This document shows, one piece after another, positions 40,401 to 52,400 of a DNA stretch of 64,000 nucleotides (the first letter of the stretch is position 1; each line of letters starts with the position of its first letter). The translations under genes were made by a program, and so were the position numbers. This stretch comes from Octopus bimaculoides (taxonomy: Eukaryota). Location: assembly GCF_001194135.2 (NCBI RefSeq), contig NC_068981.1:192534721-192598720 (forward strand), written 5' to 3'. A model generated the notes under the pieces. It made no database searches. It saw nothing but the letters and a program-made list of their open reading frames with translations, and was not told the origin of the DNA.

Positions 40401-43004
40401 AATCCAAAAGTTAAGTTGGCATTTAAATAATATAATATGATGCTTATAAAATAGGATAATGGCTTGGTTGATAAACTGGAGGATATGGATGATTACACCC
40501 TGTTTGTGCCTGATAAGAATGTCATGGAGGATTGCAGTCAAAAACTTGTAAGTAAATTCTTTAGGCTTCAAATTTTGTGATTTATTATTTTTTGTTTTGA
40601 ATTGTGGTTTTGTGGTTAAGAAATTTTGTTCCCAACCATAGAGTTCAGGGTTCAGTTCCACCCCACTGAGTGGCACCTTGGCTATGTGTCATCTACTATG
40701 GCCCTGGGCCTACCAATTCTTTGGAAGTGGATTTGGGAGACAGAAGCTGGAAGAAGACCATTGTGTGTGTGTCTGTGTGCGTGTGTGATTATTCAGTATT
40801 ATTTCAAAATTTCTTACCAATAGGGAAAGAGCTGGTTTCTAATCTAGATCCTTCATTGGGATTTCAACAACAATAACAGGGCATTTTTACATGTATGTGT
40901 GTGTATATGTGCAGTATTTAGAGTCAGTGCAGATTTGTATGTTTGTTTATGTGTGTATTCTCATGCATATAGTTGCATGTCTAGACACATGTATATACAC
41001 TTAAATGATATGTATGTATGCATGTATGTATATATGTACATGTATGTGTATGCATTTGTGTTTGTGAGTGTGTGTGTGTGTGTGTGTATGTGTTAGTGTC
41101 TTCTTGATCTGACATTGTGTGACTTTTAAAAGAACATCACTGTCACACCACAAAGGGTGTCCCCCATTTTCAATCTTCCATGAAAACTTATCTGGCCATG
41201 AGGAAACATTACCTTACTTGCAAACAGCCGAAGGTTGCACATCGGGTTTGGCTTTTGACCATAGGAAACTCTGCCCTAATGGAGTTTAGTATGACCTGTG
41301 CAAGCATGGAAAAGAATAGCTTGAAATGATGGAGATGGTGGAGGTGGTGGTGGTGATGATGATGATGATTATGATAAAAATATATTTGCATATATTACAT
41401 ACTTCTACTGTAGCCCCTTCTCTTATACTGTAACCCCTCATCTCTTAGCATAAATCTGCTACCTGTCTCAGGGCTCATAATCTCACAAACAGCATGGCAA
41501 CCTTGCTAATGCTGGTGGTATGAAAGAAGAACACCCAGTCCATGCTGTAAAGTGGTTGGTGTTAGGAAAGGTATCTAACAATAGGAACCACACCAATATA
41601 GAGAGGAGCACTATGAAGTCCTTGAACCCATCAGATCTTATCCTACCATCAAAATCGTTCTGACTGGAACTATAGCGGCTGTCGTTGGCCATTCAAGTGT
41701 GTGTTACTAAATGGAAAAACAGTTAGTATGAATCACTATAGGACATTTTTGTGTATAAATATATTGTTTATTTTTATGTTCACCATTTGTGGTGGGAGCA
41801 GATAGTATGATACAAAAACATGTGTGTTTATTTTCAAAGAAAGTTTTGATTTTTGCTTTTGCACTGAAAGAAGTAAGATATAATATTTACATTACAGTAT
41901 GTATGCATGTGTGTAATGAGAACAGTCATTTTGATAATGTGTGTGTGATAAAATATTTTCGTTTATGAACTATATCTCGTGTCAAAGTGAATAGACATGT
42001 GAGTCCACATGGGAGACTTGTGCGTGGAGCTACAGAGAGGACATATGTCTTTGACCAAAAGCTGGCAGGAACTGGTGAACTTCTACAGTGTAGCACTGAA
42101 TGAGCTAGTGTCTCAGAACGAGGCTACTGTATCAAAGCAAGGCAAGTGTATCAAAGCGAGGCTAGATGCCTCATCGATATATTCATCTGCTGTGCAGATC
42201 GACTCACACATTACTATGTAATATGTAGCTCTGCTACAGAACACAGATGCTCGATGACAATGATGATGATGATTGTGTTGGTGATAATGACATCTATACG
42301 TTATTATTAGAACATCTGTCATTGTCAATGATGACCAAAGACATCAATTGGGAGAAGAGGAAAGGGAATGATGTGATATGAGCTCAGAAGGCTCTGCCAT
42401 TGGTTCAGCACTGCTGTTCTGCAAGCACTGAAGGCAAGGAGTCAGCTCTGGACTGGTGCAGTTCACATTTCTTTTTTGTATCCCTGCAATCCTGTTCTGT
42501 TCGTAGGAGATGGCCCCTCTGTGGGTGCAGCTTTGCCAGGTAGGGCAGTCTTGGACTTACATTTTCCAGGTGTCAGGATTGACCTCAAAGCTCTCCATGC
42601 ACACACACACACACACACATGCATATATATGCATGTATAACATCATTTCTGTCTTTTACAGGGTTTTCGTGTTCTCTCTTATTACATCTTACCATTTACC
42701 CTGATGTCAGCCTCAATGACCAATGGATTAAAAGTGAAGACCAGCCTGGGGCAGCTCCATCAGCTCATCTTCAGAACTCAAGAACATAAGGTTAGTCTTA
42801 TACAACAGTAATGCTCATTATAATTTAGGTTTTTAATGAGTTCTCTCTCTCCCACACACCTCATTTTCTCTCTCTCTCACGCACGCACACATCTCATTTT
42901 CTCTCTCTTTGTCTCTCCCACACACCTCATTTTCTCTCTCTCTCTCGCACACACACACTTACATCTCATTTTCTCTCTCTTTCTCTCTCCCACACACCTC
43001 CTTT

Positions 43005-43036
<32 letters not shown>

Positions 43037-46000
43037 TTACATCTCATTTTCTCTTTCATTAATTTTCTACAAAATTCTTTATCCTCATTTTCTGTTGAAT
43101 TTTTAAAATAATTTTGAAGGTTGAAATTGTTAAATCATTCAACATATCTACAAAAATAAAATGAGTAATCTTCTGAACTTTTGAAATTTGGATTCCAGAA
43201 TTTCTTTGGAGGGAAGGTAATGCATGACCCTTTACAGGGACCTCAAAACTGGTACTGCTGAGGGACTGGCCTGCAAACCCTTTGGATCCCACCTCAATGG
43301 GATCATCTCTGGCTTACCTAAAAATTCTTCAAGGTGGTGCCCCAGCATGGCCACAGTCCAATGCCCGAAACAAGTAAATGATGAAAGATATAATGAGGTT
43401 GATTCATTCAACTAAAAGCCTTCAAGGTGGTGCCCCAGCATGGCCACAGTCCAATGACTGAAACAAGTAAAAGATAAAAGATAAATGCAACAGCGAAAAT
43501 TTACCATTTTCCCCACTTTTTGTTATTTAGGAATAAATTTGTGAACAGTTTTCAAGGTGAATAAATGTTTGTTTTTGTCAGGTATTTGTGAATGATGTCA
43601 GCATTACCTTGATGGATGTCCTCACAGTTGGTGGCATAATTCATATCATTAATGGCTGTCTTGTGCCTGTATTACATCGTTGTGACAATGAAGTTATGGA
43701 GACCAACAAGGTTTGTCATGTATTTCACATTATATCATATGTACATAAATACACACTTATATTGCTGTTGTATATTCACACATCGCTGTTGCCAAGCTGT
43801 CTCAGCCTTTGCCTTTCCCTTGGATAACATCGGTGGCATGGAGAGGGGAGGCTGTATACACAGGCGACTGTTGGTCTTCTATGAACAGCCTTGCCTGGAT
43901 GTGTGCCTCAGAGGGGAACTTTCTAGGTTCAATCCCATAGTCATTCACGACTGAAAGGGGTCCTTACCCATTACCCTTCTGGGTCCTTATCCTTTACCCT
44001 CACATGTTTGGGGCAGTCATGACTCTGTTAGTGGTCAGCTTCAATTGTAGTAGTAGGCATCTGTCAGTCTCGAGAGGCCATGGATCTGCACCCAAAGAAG
44101 TCATGTCAGCAGCTGATGGTGATGCTGCATCTGTTGTGGCTGTACAGGCCCACAAGGAAGTGGCAGTCACGCATACAGTGACTGCATTTGAAGGATCTCT
44201 CTGCCAGTGCTGATGATTTTTCCTTCCATCGAGTGCGCATTTCTTTGATGAGGAGTACCTGTTCTTCTTCCACTCTCTTCATTCCCTTTCACAGTATTTT
44301 TAATACATACATAGATTAAAAAACAAAACAAAAAAAGCAAATCAAAGGTCCTTCTCAAGCCATAGGCTCATAAGGCCAGTTTCTCAGATTCTGTGGTGTG
44401 TACATTCCCCCACCCCCTTGATAAAATGCTGGTTTGTCACAGGATTCCTCATTTTTGTCAGCTGAGGAGAATGCAGCAATGTAGAATTAACACAACGTAT
44501 TGCCCAGTCCAGGAATTGAAACCTCAATCTTACAATCACCAGACCCTAACCACTAAGCCACATGTCTCCATTATATACATACATACAAATGAATATATCA
44601 GATTAAACAAACTACAAAGAGATTTTGGTGGTTTGCATCAACAAGACTTTTTTTTACAAAAATCTGCCATCTAAACTCTTTTTTTTGTTTTTGTGGTATT
44701 TGAGCAAAGGTGGGCACCATTAATTGAAAAGTTAACTTTGTTAACTGTTAATCCATTAACCAAAAAGTTAACTCTGATAACTGTTAATGAGTCAATTATT
44801 TCCTAATGTAATGGAAGTTATCGATAAACAGTTAACGTTAATTTTTATTATAGAAAGAAAACAGAAAAGGTCAGTTCTTGCTCTAAGACCACCTACAAAC
44901 ACCTCTAAAAAGTGCCAAAACTATAAAATCTGTTAACTTCAATTCAATTGAAATTAATGGAATTTGAACTCAGAACGTAAAGACAAACAAAATATCACTG
45001 AGTATTTTGCCCAGCATGCTCTCAGTTCTGCAGCTCACCATATTTTTGATATTAATGAAGAGATATTTGAATAAAGTTTTACTTTTATCAGTGAATTTGG
45101 AATCGCCAATAGAGAAGCTATGGTTGTTCTAGTTCAGAAAGCTATTTATGAAAATTTTAGGCGTTAAGCAAATGTTAGAGTTTGGACAGCTCACCACTGC
45201 ACATACATATGTTTATACACATTAAACAGTATGTATCCAGCCAACGAAAATACAAAAAACAAAAAAATTAGTAGCAAAGAGGTCAGGGAGGGTTTCCCCA
45301 AGAGCAGAGGAGGATAGAGGATAGGTGTAGAGGCGAAATTGGGAGACAGGAGAGTAATGTGGTGTAATGACATGTCACATGATTTGACATGAAACATTTC
45401 AAATTTCCCCATGTAACGGATTTAGTCAGAGCAATTAAAGATCCCAAAACTATAAATTTATAGTTTTTAAGTTAATTCCAAGTTTTGACTGCATTTTTCA
45501 GTTGGTGTAACAAGAAGTTAACTTCGAAAAAATATGGAAACATTTGTGGGCATGTCTAAGGTGCTGAATAGCCTGGCACTGTACCATGATAGAAGGTTGT
45601 GATTTGAGCATGAGTTGGCTACTATTTGTAGCAGTTCAAGTGGCCACGTAGAAGCTACCCCTCCCTCCAGATCACAAGTGATATCTTGCTGTTGATATAT
45701 ACAGATTGCTACTTTACTTCTTGTTATAATATTCCTCCTATCCATTTTCTCTGTTCCTTATTCTCAGGAGGGTCTTGGGGGTAGAGTCTTCAGGCACCTC
45801 CTTCATAATCAGAAGCATTCTGACTAGATTCCCAAACATAACCAAATAAGACAATGGATATTATCCAGCCACTTCATTCTTAATCTACTCCTAAGTCTTC
45901 TGCCAGTTGGTTCAGCTTGAAGAGTCCAGTTTGTGAGTCATTCCTGTGACATTCTAACCACATAACTGAAGTATCAAAGCCATGACCTCTCAATGTCATG

Positions 46001-48587
46001 AAGTAGTGGCTCACCTTGAAGAGAGACTCCCTGATCTCTGATCTCTGAGATGTACACCTTGTCAAGTAATGTTGCTGTCATAATACTCCAAATAATATTT
46101 ATGAGGCAATATCTAATCTGACATTACTTTCTTCACTTTAAATCATGAGATTTCCTATAGCTCTTCAGACACCCTTGAGTTCTGTCGATTTTTCAAGGAA
46201 AGGAATTTATTGGAGTAAAGATTATTTGCCAACATAACATGGTAGTCCTGGTTTAGGACGAATGTTGCTGTAATTCAGCCCCAGGAGACATCGTTTCTAG
46301 CTGGCGCTGGCTATATGACATGATCTGTGTCCTTATATTTTCGAACAAGGGAATCTAGCACCCCCACTATATATAAGGACACAAATCGTGTCGTATAGCC
46401 AGCTGGAGACGATGTCTCCTGGGGTTGAATTACAGCAACATTAGTCCTAAACCAGGACTGCCATGTTATGTTGGCAAATAATCTTTACTTGAAGGTACTG
46501 TTACTGAATATCTCTCATTGTGAGATTTACAAATAGTAATTTTCTAAGGAATTCATTGTATTCAAGTTTTCCTTGTCTTTTCTTCTGTCCTGAATCTTTT
46601 ATCTTACACCATCACACCATCATGAAGGCATGTAGCCTTGTGATAGGGTGTTGTACTCACATTTACAAGATCATTGATTTTGATTCCTAGACTGGGAGGT
46701 CCGTTGTATCCACGAGTAAATCACTTTATTTCCCATTGCTCCAGTCCACTCAGCTGTAGATGGGTCACCCTACAATGGACTGGCATCCTGAACAGGGTGG
46801 GAAATGTTGTGATCTTGGCCACTTATATATGCCAAAGAAACCAGATAACTAGCCCTATGAGTCCAAGGACTTGTGGATAGTAAAGTCCAGGGGACCTGCT
46901 TGCATCACGCCATCTCTTTCTTTTACATCCTCTCCTTACTTGATCAAATATCAAGCAACTTGTAACCTTCAGCTAAATTTGCTACATTAATGATATTTCT
47001 CTTTTAGACTTCTTGTATATCCTGCGATGAAGAATTCACTTGTCCACCAGAATATCATAAAGTAGCTGTATTAAAACATGTTTGCAGTTATAAAACCCCA
47101 GAGGGAGAATTACTAGGATGTACAGCACTGTGTCGAAGGCTTAAAGTTGTAAGTTATTTCTCCTTAACCATTTTGACACTAACACATTTAAGATCACCCT
47201 CAGTCCAGTGACACAAACTTCATGTTATAAAGTGTTTTGAATAAAAAAACAAAACTATCAAAATTTTATGTTACTTTATGTTCCAGACAACCAGCTTAAT
47301 AATTCTTTCTAATTTTGACTCAAGGCCAGCAATTTTGAGGGGAGGGAGCAATTATATATGTCAACCTCAGTACTTTATCATCATCATTTAATGTCTGTTT
47401 TCCATGCTGGCATGGGTTGGATGGTTTGACTGAGACTGGCAAGCCAGGAGGCTGCACCAAGCTCCAATCTGATTTGGCAAAGTTTCTACAGCTGGATGCC
47501 CTTCCTAATGCCAAGCACTCTGAGAGTGTAGTGGGTGCTTTTTATGTGCCACTAGTACAGGGGCCAGTCGGGCAGCACTGGCATCAGCCATGCTGAAATG
47601 GCGCATTTTACGTGCCACCAGCATGGGGGCCAGTTGGGTGGCACTGGCATCGACTATGCTCAAATGGTGTTTTTTACGTACCACCAGCATGATAGCCAGA
47701 AAGGCAAAGTTGATCTCAGTGAAATTTGAACTCAGAACGTAAAGGCAGAAAAGATGCCACTAAGTAGTTTGTCTGCTATGCTAATCAGTCTCCCAGCTCA
47801 CTGCCTTGCACCACTTTTATAACAACAAAGGACATTTACTAAATTATTTATTATTTTTGAAATAATTACAACAAAGGCATTGTATTTTAGCAAAAAACAT
47901 GGTAAGAAAAGGATTACTGCTGTAATCCACCAGGCAATCCATCGAGAGGGATTGAATACACGACCAACAAACTTTGAACCCTCCCTGAAGAGGCTCCTAA
48001 CTAAAAATGAACCAATAAAAAACAGCATCATACACAACTGCTTGATTGATGTTGAAAATATATGTCTATGATCTTATGTGGTGTATAAAATCACATGTGG
48101 TAAATGCAATGAATTTTACATCAGAAATACCATATGTATATACGTATAGCCACAGCTATGATGACATACTCTTTTTTCCCCCCTTTGGTCCAGAATGATA
48201 ATATCTGGTTGATTGCATGAAGTTTGTTATCAGTCTGTACAGTAAAATTACTTAAGACTTTAAACTGATTGTTCTCTATTACACTCTCTATTTGATGTTG
48301 ACACTATTTTCTTCTTACTCTTAATCTTCTTTTCCACCGTACGTTTCAGTGAAGTGCCATAACTACACAGTGGTGTTTGCATCTATATTCCTCTGTGCCA
48401 AAGGACTATAAGACCTTACGTGCAGAACAGATTCCTCTTTTTCATTCTTACTCTGCACTCAGCACTTTCTGTGCTTTCATCTATTTTTGCCGAAATGGCA
48501 TTCGTCTGCAATGATTGGCTTTGAGTGACCTTTATTTCTCTTTAACTGTTTCTCCTTCTGTTTCTTTCTAATGTTCTCCATTCTTCA

Positions 48588-48646
<59 letters not shown>

Positions 48647-48767
48647 TATTATTATTATTATTCAGTAGTTTTATTTTTATAGCGTGCTTTCACTTCACTA
48701 CTGAGCGCAGCTCTGTGTGCCTTGGGTACGTGCTGTGGTTTGCTGTGATGCTCTTATGGTTACTGTA

Positions 48768-48802
<35 letters not shown>

Positions 48803-49187
48803 GAAAAACTCACAGCTTATTTTGCTGGGTATGATGAAAAGTGTCATCTGTCCACAGCCCGCAGACTGAGGTGACACTTCTTTACTGGTCATGCTTCAAG
48901 AACCCTTTAAAGAATTCCTGCAGTCCCAAGCAATGCTGACTTTTGTAGGTGTTCTACCTTCACATTTGTACTGATCTTTTTCAGCCATGTTGGTAGTTGA
49001 GTGCTGATACTTCCAAGTGCACCAATTACTATTGGTAACACGTCTACTCTCTTCTTTGACCACAACCTTCGTATTTCCCACTTCAATTCGTCATAGTTGT
49101 TTATTTCTTCTTCTTCTTTCACATTGATCCTGTTGTCTCTGGGGCATGCTATGTCGATTATCATACATGTTCTTACCATCATCATCA

Positions 49188-49239
<52 letters not shown>

Positions 49240-49399
49240 CATTATCATCAATGTTATTTCCAGACACCAGCCTGTTGTTATGGATATTATGGACCTGAAT
49301 GCGACGGTAAGTAAATCAAAGATGCATTTCTTTAAATAAGAGCTTTAGAGCATCAAATGAAAATCATGTGGCGTGCATGGTAGTATATCTGTTCATGTA

Positions 49400-49433
<34 letters not shown>

Positions 49434-52400
49434 TATGCAAGTATGTATGTGTGTGTGTGTGTGTATACATATATATATATATATATAAGCAATGTTAATT
49501 CTCTAAATGAAGTATTAACAGTAACTGCACGATAAAGTGTAGTATATTGCCACTTAAGTGTGGCTGACCCCTAGGGGTGGATGTTACTGTTGCTTTTATA
49601 TATATATNNNNNNNNNNNNNNNNNNNNNNNNNNNNNNNNNNNNNNNNNNNNNNNNNNNNNNNNNNNNNNNNNNNNNNNNNNNNNNNNNNNNNNNNNNNNN
49701 NNNNNNNNNNNNNNNNNNNNNNNNNNNNNNNNNNNNNNNNNNNNNNNNNGGCACATAAAAGACACCATTTCGAGCGTGGCCGTTTTCGTGCGGGTGACAC
49801 GTAAAAGCACCCACTACACTCTCTGAGTGGTTGGCGTTAGGAAGGGCATCCAGCTGTAGAAACTCTGCCAAATTAGACTGGAGCCTGGTGTTGCCATCCG
49901 GTTTCACCAGTCCTCAGTCAAATCGTCCAACCCATGCTAGCATGGAAAGCGGACGTTAAACGATGATGATGATGATGATGATATATATAAATAAACTAAT
50001 ATGTTTAAATATACAATATTGCAAATAATAAATTGATAACCACAATCACAAGCTGAAATTTAATAAAACAGAAAAGTTCTTTTGCCTTTTTTCTTTGTTT
50101 CCAGAATGTCCTGGTGGTGCCGATTACCCATGTTCTGGTCAAGGGAATTGTTCTGATGGTTTGGATGGAACTGGTCTCTGCAGTTGCAAAGCAAACTTCA
50201 CATCCTCTGATTGTTCAACATATGTAGCTGGGAATACAAGACCTGATTATAGTAAGAACTATTATGGAACAATTATTTCATAGAGGAATCGTTTTTAACA
50301 TTTTAAAACATACAAACACACTTACAGTCACTTTTGCTTTATTTTGTGACAGTGTTGTGCATCTATGACCTGATCAGTAGCAAAACTCAGCTGTATCTGT
50401 TGATAGTCTTTGAACACAAGCATATATTTGCAATGGTGACCATGTCATAGATGTATTATGAAACTTCTTTGAAATTTTATTACAGACAATACTGCCATGA
50501 AATAAATAAACAAAATGTAACTGTATATGTTTATTATGACTCTTTAACAATTAATTTTAATAATAAATATTAGATAAGTCATTGAAAAGATCACAGATGT
50601 ATGGTGAAGAAACTTTTATAAACTAAACCAATTATAGTATTTGCTTGTGCATAAGTTGCACACATGTGTATAAGTTGCACTCTTGATTTAGTGTTAAATG
50701 TTAGAACAAAATTTTTTCTCTTCATATTCAAACATTGCTCCATGTATAAGTTGCATCCCAGTTTTTCAGTTAAAATCAAGTATACATGAGTGAATATGGT
50801 GATAAAGAAGTGAACTACAACCAGTACATGTATTTTTACTGGCAGAATGACCTTCCCCTAGTACAACAATATCTGGGATTGAACACAATTCCACATCAAG
50901 AATCTTGTGAAATAAATACAAGAATTATTTTTTAAGATTTCAGAATCTTTTTATGCTGTTTTTTGTTTTGCAGATGACAAATGTGGAGGATGTCATCCTT
51001 CTAGTGAATGCAAACAAAACCAAGACTCTGAATGGACGTGTGAATGTGGTGACAGCTATGTTCTCACTAACGAGGGTGAATGTCGTTCTCCATGCACAAT
51101 TGCTAATGGCAATTGTCATCAGAATGCACTTTGTTCTTTTGGTCCTGAAGAAAAGGTAAGAAGGCAGTCCTTCACATAATTAATCAGGTATATGAATTAT
51201 TGAACCAATTTAAATTGCTTCTACTCTTGGAAACATTTCTGTGTCAAATAATTTGTTATATAAAATTATTATCTGTAATTAGGCAGAAAATTGGCTTCAC
51301 TTATGTACTTTTACTTGTTTCAGTCATTTGACTGCAGCCATGCTGGTGCACCACCTTGAAGGGTTATAACTGAACAAATCAACCCCAAGACTTATTTTTT
51401 AAAGCCTAGTACTTATTTTATTAGTCTCTTTTGCTGAACCACTAAGTTATGGAGACGTAAACACACCAATACCAGTTGTCAAGTGGTGGTGGAGGGACAA
51501 ACACAAAACATGTACACACACACGATAGACTTCTTTTAGTTTCCATCTACCAAATCCACTCACAAGGCCTTGGTTGGCCTGAGGCTATTGTAGAAGACAC
51601 TTTCCCTAGGTGCCCTGCAACAGGACTATTCATATCAAAGCAAGATTTCTGACTATTCCTCTTCATCATGGAACCAAATGGTCATGTAATATGAATGAAT
51701 CAAACCATTCCCAGATGATGATGACGATGATGATGATGATGATGAGGATGATGATGATCATCATCATCATCATTTAACATCTGTTTTCCATGCTGGCATG
51801 GGTTGAACAGCTTGACAGGAACTGGTAAGGCCAAGGGCTGCATCAGGCTCCATTGTCTGTTTTGGCTTGGTTTCTACAGCTAGATGCCCTTCCTAATGCC
51901 AACCACTCCACAGAGTGTACTGGGTTTTTTTTTATGTGGCACCATCACAGGTACTTTTTATATGACACCAGCACCCACGCTAGTGCTTTTTGTATGGCTC
52001 CTTAGTTTTAGGATCTGTTCTGCTGTGGTGGGCAAGTCTTCTCAAGCACAGCAATGTGTCACATATCTTGGGCCCCTGTCGTCTCCTTCGTAAGGTTCAG
52101 TGTTTTGAGATCAGTCTTCAAAATTTCATCCCATGCCTTCCTGGGGTCTCCCTCTTCCACAATTTCTCCCCACTTTAAGTTATCAGCACATCTTTATGCA
52201 GCTGTCCTCATTCATCTGCAAATTAAGTTTACAAATGAATTTTACATATTTCAATTTCTGTGAATTACTTCCATATTTTTTGCTTTTCTGTTTTTTTTCT
52301 TCTTTTTTTTAAAAAATTTTTTCCTTCCATCAGATCAGTGGTCATGCAAAGTGCGTCTGCAGAAGTGGTTACCATGGTGATGGACTCAACTTTTGCCAAC

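Noticed and set aside
44710-45555. Possible hAT-like element rich in GTTAAC
   Set aside because: I could not match terminal inverted repeats or a TSD.
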